A stretch of DNA of 62,204 nucleotides, the filler included. It is 6 parts of 6 records of this genome, joined end to end, with 100 filler letters (N's around TTAATTAATTAA, not from the genome) between each part and the next. Parts side by side here need not be neighbours in the genome. Positions count along the whole stretch, not along the records: positions 1 to 28,747 come from SRR20825010_1949; 5 more parts are not named here. The stretch is one strand, 5' to 3'. The notes beneath the pieces are model-generated. The model did no database searches and was not told where the DNA came from. It was given only the letters and a program-made list of their open reading frames with translations. Every line of letters begins with the position of its first letter. Position 1 is the stretch's first letter. Below are positions 10,113-20,682 of the stretch, one piece after another. The position numbers and the translations under genes are program-made.

Positions 10113-10449
10113 AGTATTAGTGTGTATATAGAAATTTTAATAAATGTTTAAACTCACCGAAAAATTCCTTTCAGCGTAGTTAAGGTTGCTTGTTTTCGAC
10201 GAGGACAAATATTTACATAAAAAAGTGAAAAAAAAAGTCGTTTGTGGGTTGACTTTTTGGAAAGTTTTTACATCATAAAAATTTAACATGTCTTAATCAT
10301 TTTGTAACATTGGAAGGCTACCTCTCCATAAACCATTAGTATTGAATGATCTATTCTCCTTTTACCTAAATCGAACTCTTGATTTAACCGTTTAATCACA
10401 TTTATATGTTACTTTCAAACTCGGTTAGTTCCTAAATCGTTTTTTGGAC

Positions 10450-10458
10450 TTATACACA
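10450..10458 (+). promoter_or_regulatory. DnaA box (TTATACACA)
   Basis: Fits TTWTNCACA in the region upstream of dnaA; an 8/9 reverse match TGTGTATAT lies at 10121-10129. Confidence 0.4.
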
Positions 10459-10881
10459 ATGAAGATACATTTTTCTCATCAAATCACCCTCAGAGTTCGT
10501 TATAGTGAAACGGATCAAATGGGATATTGTTACTATGGAAACTATGCTCAATACTTCGAAGTTGGTCGGGTTGAAACACTACGATCAATCGGCGTTAGCT
10601 ATAAAGAACTTGAAGATAATGGAGTAATGTTACCTGTATCAACATTTTCGGTTGAATACAAATACCCCGCTAGGTACGACGAACAGTTGAAAATAGTCAC
10701 AACAATCACCGAATTGAACGGCGCTCGAATCCTCTTCGAATATCGAATTTTAAATGAAGAAGATCGCTTGGTATCAACAGCAACTACGACCCTAGTATTT
10801 GTGCACAAATCAACCATGCGCCCCATCGCTCCTCCGAGTCAATTTGTTTCATTAATGAAGTCTTATGAAATCGAAGAATAA
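10459..10881 (+). CDS. Acyl-CoA thioesterase (YbgC/4HBT family)
   Basis: RVRYSETDQMG..YYGNY..YFEVGR; ATG 10459 preferred over TTG 10444. Confidence 0.9.
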   Translation: MKIHFSHQITLRVRYSETDQMGYCYYGNYAQYFEVGRVETLRSIGVSYKELEDNGVMLPVSTFSVEYKYPARYDEQLKIVTTITELNGARILFEYRILNEEDRLVSTATTTLVFVHKSTMRPIAPPSQFVSLMKSYEIEE

Positions 10882-11824
10882 TTGCTTTGAATTTGAGCGT
10901 TTTGATCGTGCATCACTTTTGAAACATGTTTCACCAAGAAATGGAGAAACAAAACTCGGCGAACGTGTAATGGTTGGAGACCTAAAGGATGAAAAGTTCG
11001 TTATTATAGGTATTTGTGAAGATATAGGACCTCGTGCGAATTTGGGAAATAGTGGAAGTAAAAATGCATTTGACGCTTTTTTGTCGAAATTCCTTAACAT
11101 GCAATCCAATAAAACACTTATTGGACATGAATGTTTTTTCGCTGGACAGATTAACTCATCCGTTGACGGAAACGAAATCTCAGAACTCCGTTCGATGGTG
11201 GAAGAATTGGATGAATTCGTCATTGAAGTGCTCAGTAAATTTGACTTAAGCGACAAAACCCTTATTGTGATTGGTGGTGGACATAATAACGCTTACCCGA
11301 TTATTCGGCATTTTTCAGAAAACTATACTGAATCGATTCATATTCTTAATATTGATCCACACGCGGATTGTAGACCATTGGAAGGAAGGCACAGCGGAAA
11401 TCCATTTTCGACAGCGTTACTTGAAAAACACCTGACTTCTTATACAGTACTTGGACTTCATCAGCGATACAACAGTGAAGGAATTTTACAATTTCTCGAC
11501 GATCATGAATGCACTTATCGCTTTTTTGAAGAATATCTTGACGGAAAAAGCACGCTTTTAGACGATATTGACTATTTTAAGGCTACACATAAAAATCAAT
11601 CTCTAGGAATCGAAATCGACCTGGATTGCATTCAATCTATGCCGACTTCAGCTTATACACCCAGTGGATTTTCTGTTAACGAAATTCGATCGGCAATTAG
11701 AAGTCTTCCGAAACAGATTTCGTACCTTCATTTACCCGAAGGAGCGCCAACGAATGCTCTTGAAACAACAATTGTTGGTAAATCGCTAGCCTATTTAGTT
11801 AGTGACTTTATTACCTGTCAATAA
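10865..11824 (+). CDS. hutG: Formimidoylglutamase-like arginase family protein
   Basis: EDIGPRAN.G, GGGHNNAYP, DPHADCR..EGRHSGN, IDLD and SA.TPSG. Confidence 0.75.
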   Translation: MKSKNNCFEFERFDRASLLKHVSPRNGETKLGERVMVGDLKDEKFVIIGICEDIGPRANLGNSGSKNAFDAFLSKFLNMQSNKTLIGHECFFAGQINSSVDGNEISELRSMVEELDEFVIEVLSKFDLSDKTLIVIGGGHNNAYPIIRHFSENYTESIHILNIDPHADCRPLEGRHSGNPFSTALLEKHLTSYTVLGLHQRYNSEGILQFLDDHECTYRFFEEYLDGKSTLLDDIDYFKATHKNQSLGIEIDLDCIQSMPTSAYTPSGFSVNEIRSAIRSLPKQISYLHLPEGAPTNALETTIVGKSLAYLVSDFITCQ

Positions 11825-11879
11825 AATGCATAGTATTAACCTATCCTTTCAGGATAAAAACTCGTTCTAATAGATAAGT

Positions 11880-14123
11880 ATGACAATAAATGAACAAAAA
11901 TGGAGTGGTGTTGAATTTATAAAAGCATTTTTTCCTCTTCGTCTCTTACACGCTCATTTAAAGTACAATCTGTTTCTATTGATCTTCTGGGCATTCTTCG
12001 TGTTAATTGTCAGCGATCGATTTGGTTATGCCTTTGGTGTTCCGTTATTGTTCCTTTCTCCTGAATATTTAGGAAATGTGTCTCCGTGGTCATTTTACCT
12101 TGTAGGATTTGCCTTTGGAGGATTCATTATGGCATTTAACACTTACAGTTACATCAAATTAGGACCTTTTTTCCCGTTTTTAACGAGTCTCTCTCGTCCA
12201 TTTTTTAAATTTTGCCTGAATAATTCGATCATCCCCATCTTTTTCATTGTCTATTACATCGTTCGTGTTGTTCTCTTTCAACTTGATCAAGAACTCGCGG
12301 ACGGCACAGAAGTGTTTCTCTATTGCGTGGCAATTTCCGCAGGAATGTTTACTTTTTTTGTTCTTTCTATTTTTTACTTCTTTCCTGTTTCATGGCGTCA
12401 ACAGCGGAGATCTAAGCGTAAAGAAAGCGAGTCGAAACCTATTTCCTCTGCATTTCATAGAAAAGACGACGATTGGTATGGAGTGTATGAAAATGAGAAA
12501 GACAGAACATTTTTCTACTTCGGGAAAGGATTAAAAATAAATCAAAGTAGAAGTATCAAACACCTCGATCGAAAAGTTGTTGAAAGAACCTTCGCGAAGA
12601 ATAGAATTAATTCATCACTATTTGAAATCATTACCATTTCAAGTTTCTTCTTGCTAGGTCTTTTTAGTAAGTCCAATTTACTTGAAGTTCCCGCAGCTAC
12701 CAGCATCATTCTTTTGATTACCATTATACTCATGCTGTTTAGTGCGTTGCAATCATGGTTTCGTCGCTGGGTATATCTGTTACTAATTCTCATCCTCGTT
12801 GGAATGAATTACCTCAGCACGAAAACGCGCATGTTCAACTACATCAACTATGCTTATGGACTTTCATACGAGCAAGATGAGCGTGACAAATATACCATTG
12901 ATCGCATCAACGAGATTTCCAATGATGATAAACTTAATGCAGAAACACTTTCCGATTATCTCAAAACATTAGAAAACTGGAAAGCTAGAACTGGTGAAGC
13001 CAAGCCAAAACTCGTTATAGTAAACACCTCAGGTGGAGGATCAAGAAGCGCATTGTGGACACTCACTGTACTTCAAAAGTGTGACGAGAACCTAAAAGGT
13101 GATTTAGCCAAGCACATCCAAATGATCACAGGCGCATCCGGAGGAATGGTTGGAGCTGCATATTTCAGAGAGTTAATGCTCGAAGAACAATTAGGAAAGA
13201 TCAAAGATTATCATGCTAAGGAATACCGTGCGAACATTGGCAAGGACATGCTCAACCGTCTTTCATTTATGGCAACGACGAATGATATTTTCATCCGTTA
13301 TCAAGACTTTAACTACAACAATAGAAACTACACGATGGATCGCGGATATGCATTTGAAGAGCAACTGCATGAAAACACGAATCATACCATGGAACATTCT
13401 CTTGGCTACTACAAGGAGTTTGAACAAAGCGCAGCCATTCCAACGATGATCTTCTCTCCTACCATCGTAAATGACGGTCGACGAATGATTATTTCATCTC
13501 AGCGCATGAATTTCATTACAGAAAATCACGGAGGACCTTCTCGAATGACACAATCGAACGAGAACATAGAATTTCATAGTTTACTTGAAAGTCAGGATGC
13601 ATCGCAGATTCGTTTTTCTTCTGTATTGCGAAGCAGCGCTACCTTCCCGTTTGTCATGCCGATGGTTACAATTCCCACAAAACCTGAAATCCAACTGATG
13701 GATGCAGGAATTAGAGACAATTACGGTGGAAAAACGACGATGGAATACCTTCATGTATTGAAGAATTGGATCGCCGAAAATACATCTGGCGTAATTATTC
13801 TTCAGGTACGCGACACAAAAAAGGTGTTGGATGATGAATCTTACTCGCGCGTGTCTTTCATTGATAAAATTACCATGCCTTTTGGGAACATGTACAAAAA
13901 CTTCCCTCGCGTCCAGGATTTTGATCAGGAAGAACTCATGAAAGTCAGTTCGCATGGTTTTCCATTCCCTATCGATATTATCACATTTAACCTGCGAGAG
14001 CGCTTCGATGATAGAATTTCTCTTTCTTGGCACTTAACGAAGAATGAAAAGGTGAAAATCGAGAAGGCATTGGAGAGCGAACTTAACAAACAAGCGTTAA
14101 AACAACTTGTCAGAATTCTGTAA
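11880..14123 (+). CDS. Multi-TM membrane protein with C-terminal patatin-like phospholipase domain
   Basis: Hydrophobic N-terminal half; SGGGSRS, GASGG nucleophile elbow and DAG motif. Confidence 0.8.
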   Translation: MTINEQKWSGVEFIKAFFPLRLLHAHLKYNLFLLIFWAFFVLIVSDRFGYAFGVPLLFLSPEYLGNVSPWSFYLVGFAFGGFIMAFNTYSYIKLGPFFPFLTSLSRPFFKFCLNNSIIPIFFIVYYIVRVVLFQLDQELADGTEVFLYCVAISAGMFTFFVLSIFYFFPVSWRQQRRSKRKESESKPISSAFHRKDDDWYGVYENEKDRTFFYFGKGLKINQSRSIKHLDRKVVERTFAKNRINSSLFEIITISSFFLLGLFSKSNLLEVPAATSIILLITIILMLFSALQSWFRRWVYLLLILILVGMNYLSTKTRMFNYINYAYGLSYEQDERDKYTIDRINEISNDDKLNAETLSDYLKTLENWKARTGEAKPKLVIVNTSGGGSRSALWTLTVLQKCDENLKGDLAKHIQMITGASGGMVGAAYFRELMLEEQLGKIKDYHAKEYRANIGKDMLNRLSFMATTNDIFIRYQDFNYNNRNYTMDRGYAFEEQLHENTNHTMEHSLGYYKEFEQSAAIPTMIFSPTIVNDGRRMIISSQRMNFITENHGGPSRMTQSNENIEFHSLLESQDASQIRFSSVLRSSATFPFVMPMVTIPTKPEIQLMDAGIRDNYGGKTTMEYLHVLKNWIAENTSGVIILQVRDTKKVLDDESYSRVSFIDKITMPFGNMYKNFPRVQDFDQEELMKVSSHGFPFPIDIITFNLRERFDDRISLSWHLTKNEKVKIEKALESELNKQALKQLVRIL

Positions 14124-14125
14124 AT

Positions 14126-14161
14126 AAAAAAAGGGGAATCTCATCACTGATTTTCCCCTTT
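14126..14161. terminator. Putative bidirectional terminator
   Basis: AAAGGGGAATC...GATTTTCCCCTTT imperfect stem between convergent genes. Confidence 0.6.
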
Positions 14162-14302
14162 CCAATTTTAACCTGTAATTGTTAATAATTGATCCGTGAT
14201 AATATAAACGATTATCATGCCAAAAGGTTTCACTTTTTTTTCAGTATCAACAAACTATTTTTTTTCAAGGGTTACTATTCCTCACTAATAATGGACAAAA
14301 AG

Positions 14303-15142
14303 CTATTTAAAAGAATACGAAATTCCCAAACTGAATCGCGACATATTTACTTTCAAATTATCTGTACTCCAATCAACGGGAATAGATTCAACGGGCTCTA
14401 GTTCTCCATCTGAGTTCAGTACATACCCTCCTTTTTGTCTAAAATTATTGTCATAACGTACACTCACATAACTGGAAATATCCAAAAACAATTTGTAGTC
14501 AATTGAATACTTCAATGAAGCCCCATTCTTTAATTTTCTAACGAGTGAAATCCCAGCTGTAGGTTGAACAATTGGCGTAATCTTACTTAAATTAAACTTA
14601 AATGAGTAATCACTATAATATTCAAAGCCCTGATATTCAACCCCATTTGTTCGCCCTGAGTAACCGTCTTCACCAATGAGTGCGGCCACCGTGCGCACAT
14701 TTGCTCCTATATACGGATTAAATTCTCCCGCATTTGTTTTAAATCGGTAGGTATAATAAACGGGAAGATCAATGGAGAAAACACTACTTCTCAATCCTTT
14801 ACCTAGATGATCATTAATCGACTTATCTGGTCCCCAGTTCACCGAATAGCTATAATCAACAGAATTCGAAAAAGTCATCCAATTCACACCACCTCCTAGG
14901 ATTAATCCATGATTTCGGGAAAAATACCAATGATGCTCCCAAAACAAACTCACTCCTAGATTCGGGTTTTTCGAAGGAGTTATTGATCTACTGATGTACT
15001 TACTACTGTCCAATTCTAATCCTCCTCCAACGTCGAAGGAAACACCAAAAAAGTTAGTACTTCTCGCCAATTCTTCTACCTGTCCAAAACTATTAAACGA
15101 TAGAAATAAAACGAAGAATCTCAAAAATAATCTACGATACAT
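14303..15142 (-). CDS. Putative outer-membrane beta-barrel protein
   Basis: Signal peptide, alternating amphipathic strands, C-terminal SLGISYSFK. Confidence 0.65.
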   Translation of the reverse strand: MYRRLFLRFFVLFLSFNSFGQVEELARSTNFFGVSFDVGGGLELDSSKYISRSITPSKNPNLGVSLFWEHHWYFSRNHGLILGGGVNWMTFSNSVDYSYSVNWGPDKSINDHLGKGLRSSVFSIDLPVYYTYRFKTNAGEFNPYIGANVRTVAALIGEDGYSGRTNGVEYQGFEYYSDYSFKFNLSKITPIVQPTAGISLVRKLKNGASLKYSIDYKLFLDISSYVSVRYDNNFRQKGGYVLNSDGELEPVESIPVDWSTDNLKVNMSRFSLGISYSFK

Positions 15143-15292
15143 ATAACGGCTAAATTTAGGGGCGAAAGATACCTAGAAATCGTGATTATTGATTTTCATT
15201 TTAACACAAGAGTAATAAATTAACAATCTGACATTCAAAAGTATTTCGAAGACCACTGATTATCAAGGAGGAATCAACGTAATTTTATAGAA

Positions 15293-16177
15293 GTGAAAAA
15301 TGAAAACTCCATAAAAGCACTTGTTCGACTGATTGAAGATCCGGATGAGAATGTCTTTCGCCACGTTCGTGATGAACTTGTTTCATACGGAGACTCGATT
15401 ATCCCAATGCTGGAATCATCCTGGGAAGATGATGAATTGGGACTACTGTTTCAAACGCGCATTGAAGACTTAATTCACGAAATTCAGTTTGATGCGGTGA
15501 AAAACGCGCTTAAAGATTGGATTCACTCTTCGGAACGTGATTTATTTGAAGGAGCATTAATTGTGAGTCGTTACCAATACCCGAACTTTGATGAACAACT
15601 GATTCGCTCTAAAATTCAGGAAATTCGAAAAGACATTTGGCTAGAATTAAACGACGGTCAAACTGCGTACGAGAAAATTCGTGTATTCAATAAGATCTTC
15701 TTTGGCAGACATCATTTTTCTGGAAATTCTAAAGATTATCATTCCCCGCTTAATTCCTGCATCAACACTGTTGTTGAAATGCGCAAAGGAAACCCATTGA
15801 GTTTGAGTATTCTTTACTCTACGATCGCTCAGTCGTTAGATATTCCTGTTTACGGCGTCAATCTTCCCAATCACTTTGTATTGGCTTATGTGGATACCAA
15901 CGGAATCAATCAGATTATCAATCCACAAAGTAAGTACGGCTGTTTATTTTACATAAACGCTTTTTCTAAAGGTGGAATTTTCGACGAGCAAGAAATCAAG
16001 AACTTTCTAAAAGGGCTCAACAAGGAAGAACTTCGAGAATATTTTGAACCGTGTTCGAACTCAGCCATTATTCAACGAATGATCACCAATTTACTCGGTG
16101 CTTTTCAACAAATTGGAAATGTGTCGAAAGTGAATGAACTGATTGAACTTCGAGAATTATTTGATCTTGACTTCTAG
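15293..16177 (+). CDS. SirB1/transglutaminase-like domain protein
   Basis: F.GN..DY..P.NS.IN.V....KGNPLSLSILY, GVNLPNHF and FYINAF. Confidence 0.85.
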   Translation: MKNENSIKALVRLIEDPDENVFRHVRDELVSYGDSIIPMLESSWEDDELGLLFQTRIEDLIHEIQFDAVKNALKDWIHSSERDLFEGALIVSRYQYPNFDEQLIRSKIQEIRKDIWLELNDGQTAYEKIRVFNKIFFGRHHFSGNSKDYHSPLNSCINTVVEMRKGNPLSLSILYSTIAQSLDIPVYGVNLPNHFVLAYVDTNGINQIINPQSKYGCLFYINAFSKGGIFDEQEIKNFLKGLNKEELREYFEPCSNSAIIQRMITNLLGAFQQIGNVSKVNELIELRELFDLDF

Positions 16178-19100
16178 ATCGAACGATTTAAGTTCTCTAA
16201 AAAACGTACCGTTCAAATCTACTTTTACCGATTTCGAAGGCATACTTACCTCTACTCCATCCAAAGGATCGAAAACAACAAAATGCACAGGAACCGTCCC
16301 AAGATTTTGATCAAATAACTTTCCTAAATCCGTAATCATAATCTGATCCAACGATTTCGTAGAAACCTTCAGATGAAGACTGTTCGCGCGGGATTCTTTC
16401 AAATTTGAAAGTAGATCAATCGAGTGAATACTAAACTCCAATTCAGATCTTCGCGCTGGAATTTCTATTCTCCCTTTTATCGAAACAAAGGTGTTTGGAT
16501 TCAAGAAATGTTTGAATTTCAAATAGTTTTCTCTCCACAGAAAGATTTTGTAGGAATCGTTGTAATCCTCGACTACCAACGTTCCGAATGGATCTCCTTT
16601 TCGCGTAAATCGATGCTCTGCTTCAGTAATAATTGCAGGAACAAGTAATTCCTTATTTGCAAATTCTTCGAGGTTATTCAACATGGTTACTGTTCCAGAG
16701 CAGAACGAGTCAATTTCCATTTTGAAATCATCCAAAGGGTGTCCAGAAATAAACATTCCGATCACTTCTTTTTCCTTATTCAGCGCATAAATATTCCCCC
16801 ACGTTTCCGCTGGTGGCACTTGAGGTTCAGGTAATTTAGCTCCTGTATCTTCGCCAAAAAGGGAAGCTTGAGAAGAGTTCTCACTGTCTTGAAAACCAGA
16901 ACCAAAGCGAACTACATTCTCTAAAAATGTTCTTCCGCCAGAATCTTCTTTAAAATATTGCGCTCTATGAATATTGCTAAATGAATCAAATCCTCCAGCG
17001 TACACCAAACTTTCGAATGCTTTCTTCGTTACAATCCTCAAATTGATTCGTTTCACCAACTCAAAAATGGATGAATAATTTCCATTTTCCGCACGTTCTT
17101 CAATCAGCGCATTTACTGGAGCTGCCCCCAAACCTTTAATTGCACCAAGTCCAAAACGAATCGCTCCTTCTTTATTTACTGTAAAATGATAATTGGATTC
17201 ATTGATATCTGGTCCAAGTACAGCAACTCCCATTCGTCGACATTCCTCCATGAAAAAGGAGACTTGTTTAATGTCGTTCATGTTATTACTCAGCACGGAA
17301 GCCATGTACTCAGCTGGGTGATTCGCTTTTAAATAGGCCGTTTGATATGCAATCCACGCATAACACGTAGAGTGCGATTTGTTAAATGCGTAGGATGCGA
17401 ATGCTTCCCAATCTCGCCAAATTTTCTCCAGTTTTTCTGCATCATGCCCGTTTTCTCCACCACGTTCAATAAACGCAGGTTTCATTTTATCCAGGACATA
17501 TTTCTGCTTCTTACCCATTGCTTTACGCAGGGTATCTGCCTCACCTTTCGTAAATCCAGCCAATTTTTGCGACAACAACATTACTTGCTCCTGATAGACT
17601 GTAATTCCGTAGGTTTCTTTCAGGTATTCCTCACATGCGTCGACATCGTAGATAATTTTTTCATCCCCATGTTTTCTCCGAATAAACGAAGGAATATATT
17701 CAAGTGGTCCAGGACGATACAAGGCATTCATGGCAATCAAATCCGCAAAAACCGTCGGCTTGAGCTCACGCATGTATTTTTGCATTCCAGCAGATTCATA
17801 CTGGAAAATTCCTACCGTTTCTCCTCGTTGGAACAACTCATAGGTTGCAACGTCATCAATTGGGAAAGTATCTGGATCTAGTTCGAGTCCTTTGGTTAAA
17901 CGCACATTGTTGACAGCATGTTTAATCAAGGTCAACGTTTTGAGCCCCAGGAAATCCATTTTCAGCAATCCCGCTTCCTCTGCCACCGAGTTGTCGTATT
18001 GCGTACAATACATGTCCGAATCTTTGGCTGTTGCCACAGGAACAAACTTGGTGATGTCGTCAGGCGTAATAATTACCCCACAAGCGTGAATTCCCGTATT
18101 TCGCACTGATCCTTCCAACTGTCGTGCTTGATTCACAACCCGAGCGGACAAATCACTTCCATTTGCGATTTCCTTGAGGTCATTCGCTCGTCGGAGATCG
18201 TCTTGATTGTTCTTTAGTTTATCGCGTAAATCACTGTCTGACAGTCCAAACAGCTTACTTAGCGAAATATCTGGGATTAACTTCGCTATACGATCTGCAT
18301 CTCCGAGTGGTAAATCCATGACACGTGCTGTATCACGAATAGACGATTTCGCCGCCATCGTTCCATAGGTAATGATTTGTGCTACTTGGTTTGACCCGTA
18401 CTTATTGATTACCCATTCTATAACCTTTCCACGACCTTCATCGTCAAAATCGATATCGATATCGGGCATGGAGATCCGGTCTGGGTTCAGGAAACGCTCA
18501 AAAAGTAGGTCGTACTTGATCGGATCGACATTCGTAATTCCCGTGCAATAAGCGACCACTGATCCCGCTGCAGAACCACGTCCAGGTCCAACCGAAACGC
18601 CCATGTCTCTTGCTGCGTGACAAAAATCTTGTACAATCAAGAAGTAACCAGGATAACCAGTTCGTTCGATTGTAGCCAATTCAAAATCAATTCGTTCTCG
18701 AATCTCTTCTGTTATTTCAGGATAGCGTTTATTTGCTCCTTCATAAGTAAGATGGCGCAGGTAATTATTTTCACCCCGTTTTCCTCCATCTTCGTTATCT
18801 TTCTCGTCCAAAAACTCCGAAGGAATATCAAATGCAGGAAGCAAAACTTCGCGAGCCAGTGGATAATGTTCACATTTGTCTATAATTTCATCGATGGATT
18901 CAATCGCTTCGGGCAAATCAATAAACAACGATTTCATTTCCTCTTGGGTCTTGAAATAATACTCTTCGTTGTCTAATCCAAAACGAAACCCTCTTCCTCT
19001 CCCCTTTGGTGTAGAAACCAACTCGTTGTCTTTCACACACAACAGAACATCGTGCGACTCTGCGTCCTTTCGGTCAAGATAGAACGTGTTATTCGTCGCG

Positions 19101-20524
19101 ACTAACTTTACGTCGTGCTCTTTTGCGAGGCGAACGAGCGTTTCATTCACACGATCTTCATCCTCTTGACCGTGTCGAATAAGCTCGACATACAAATCAT
19201 CGCCAAACACACCTTTCCACCAAAGTAATGCTTCTTCAGCCTGTTTTTCACCAACGTTTAGTGTTAAACTAGATACTTCTCCGTAGAGATTTCCAGTAAG
19301 TACAATTAAATCGTTGCTGTATTTCTCAATTGCTGCTTTGTCAATCCTTGGAACATAGTACATTCCTTCAGTGTACGCAATCGAAGCAAGTTTAATTAAG
19401 TTTTCATATCCCGCCTTATTTTTTGCCAACAGCACCATTTGGTAACCATTGTCTTTCTGGGATTTATCAGCGAGATTTCGGCACACATTAAACTCACAAC
19501 CAATGATAGGCATGAGTTCTATTTCGTTCGTTTCCTCTCCGTTTTCCTCTGCCTCTTCCTTTCTACTTCGAACGCCTTTATTGTATTCAGAAACAGCTTT
19601 CTCGAAATGAAAAGCTGCCATCATATTTCCTGTATCCGTTAGTGCAACAGCCCGCATTTTTAGTTCAACAGCCTTGGAAACCAACGCGTGAACGGGCGTA
19701 GTTGATTGAAGAATCGTAAACTGCGTATGATTGTGCAAATGCGCGTAAGTACACTTATCTAAACGCTCAATTGCTTCCGACTTCTCGACGGTAGGAATAC
19801 TACTTTCTGGTTGCGGTAATTGTGCTTTAAGTCGTTCGCTTTCCTCTTTTAAATTGAGGTGTTTTAAACCAATAAAACCTATTGGCTTTGGGTTAAATGC
19901 TTTGAAATCTTCAATATAGCGTTCTTCTCTCTGAAGTTCTTCTGGTAAAAAGACCCCACGTCGAACTAACTCAAAGAAACAGCGTGTTGTAGCCTCAACG
20001 TCTGCGGTTGCATTATGTGCTTCATTGAACGCTGTTCCAAAAAGATAACTATGCAATTCGGTTAGCGTTGGAAGTTTAAATCTCCCTCCTCGTCCACCTG
20101 GAAGTTGACACAGATTTGCCGTTTTCTCTGTACATGAATCGAGAATTGGCATCTCATTCATTGGTGTTTCCATTCCCAAACGGTGGAACTCACACCCCGT
20201 TACATTTAAGTCGAATTTTACGTTTTGTCCAACTACAAATGTTGCTTTAGCTAACGCCGCATTGAACTTCTCCAACACTTCCGCTAGAGGTCTTCCCTGT
20301 TCTTCCGCTAATTGTGTTGAAATCCCGTGAATTCGCTCCGCATCGAATGGAATGTCAAATCCATCTGGACTCACCAAATAATCCTCATGTTCAATGAGTT
20401 GCCCCATATCATCATGAAGCTGCCATGCAATTTGCACTACACGTGGCCAGTTATCCGTATCTGTTATTGGAGCGTTCCAATTTCTCGGTAAACCAGTTGT
20501 TTCTGTGTCAAAAATAATGTACAT
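16157..20524 (-). CDS. dnaE: DNA polymerase III alpha subunit with fused N-terminal DEDDh 3'-5' exonuclease
   Basis: N-terminal FDTETTG / NVKFD / HNATAD; PHP domain; GRGSAAGS, SMPDIDIDF, LLKMDFLGL, YAFNKSH; C-terminal OB fold. Confidence 0.97.
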   Translation of the reverse strand: MYIIFDTETTGLPRNWNAPITDTDNWPRVVQIAWQLHDDMGQLIEHEDYLVSPDGFDIPFDAERIHGISTQLAEEQGRPLAEVLEKFNAALAKATFVVGQNVKFDLNVTGCEFHRLGMETPMNEMPILDSCTEKTANLCQLPGGRGGRFKLPTLTELHSYLFGTAFNEAHNATADVEATTRCFFELVRRGVFLPEELQREERYIEDFKAFNPKPIGFIGLKHLNLKEESERLKAQLPQPESSIPTVEKSEAIERLDKCTYAHLHNHTQFTILQSTTPVHALVSKAVELKMRAVALTDTGNMMAAFHFEKAVSEYNKGVRSRKEEAEENGEETNEIELMPIIGCEFNVCRNLADKSQKDNGYQMVLLAKNKAGYENLIKLASIAYTEGMYYVPRIDKAAIEKYSNDLIVLTGNLYGEVSSLTLNVGEKQAEEALLWWKGVFGDDLYVELIRHGQEDEDRVNETLVRLAKEHDVKLVATNNTFYLDRKDAESHDVLLCVKDNELVSTPKGRGRGFRFGLDNEEYYFKTQEEMKSLFIDLPEAIESIDEIIDKCEHYPLAREVLLPAFDIPSEFLDEKDNEDGGKRGENNYLRHLTYEGANKRYPEITEEIRERIDFELATIERTGYPGYFLIVQDFCHAARDMGVSVGPGRGSAAGSVVAYCTGITNVDPIKYDLLFERFLNPDRISMPDIDIDFDDEGRGKVIEWVINKYGSNQVAQIITYGTMAAKSSIRDTARVMDLPLGDADRIAKLIPDISLSKLFGLSDSDLRDKLKNNQDDLRRANDLKEIANGSDLSARVVNQARQLEGSVRNTGIHACGVIITPDDITKFVPVATAKDSDMYCTQYDNSVAEEAGLLKMDFLGLKTLTLIKHAVNNVRLTKGLELDPDTFPIDDVATYELFQRGETVGIFQYESAGMQKYMRELKPTVFADLIAMNALYRPGPLEYIPSFIRRKHGDEKIIYDVDACEEYLKETYGITVYQEQVMLLSQKLAGFTKGEADTLRKAMGKKQKYVLDKMKPAFIERGGENGHDAEKLEKIWRDWEAFASYAFNKSHSTCYAWIAYQTAYLKANHPAEYMASVLSNNMNDIKQVSFFMEECRRMGVAVLGPDINESNYHFTVNKEGAIRFGLGAIKGLGAAPVNALIEERAENGNYSSIFELVKRINLRIVTKKAFESLVYAGGFDSFSNIHRAQYFKEDSGGRTFLENVVRFGSGFQDSENSSQASLFGEDTGAKLPEPQVPPAETWGNIYALNKEKEVIGMFISGHPLDDFKMEIDSFCSGTVTMLNNLEEFANKELLVPAIITEAEHRFTRKGDPFGTLVVEDYNDSYKIFLWRENYLKFKHFLNPNTFVSIKGRIEIPARRSELEFSIHSIDLLSNLKESRANSLHLKVSTKSLDQIMITDLGKLFDQNLGTVPVHFVVFDPLDGVEVSMPSKSVKVDLNGTFFRELKSFDLEVKIK

Positions 20525-20682
20525 GTACGAAAGATATTGGGAGATTAAAGGTAGTTAATCTATGTTTCTTTACTTAGAGAAAGTTGTTTTAGATATTAAC
20601 AATTGGGCAGTTTTTTAGTCCCCTGAAACAAAAAATGGCCGTCACTTTTTGAGTAACAGCCATTTCGTATAAATTATTTTAT

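Noticed and set aside
10113..10458. oriC upstream of dnaA
   Set aside because: Only one exact and one near DnaA box, with no box cluster
16157..20524. Possible intein in the unusually long DnaE
   Set aside because: The extra length is explained by the N-terminal exonuclease; no intein splice motifs or interruption of the polymerase core seen
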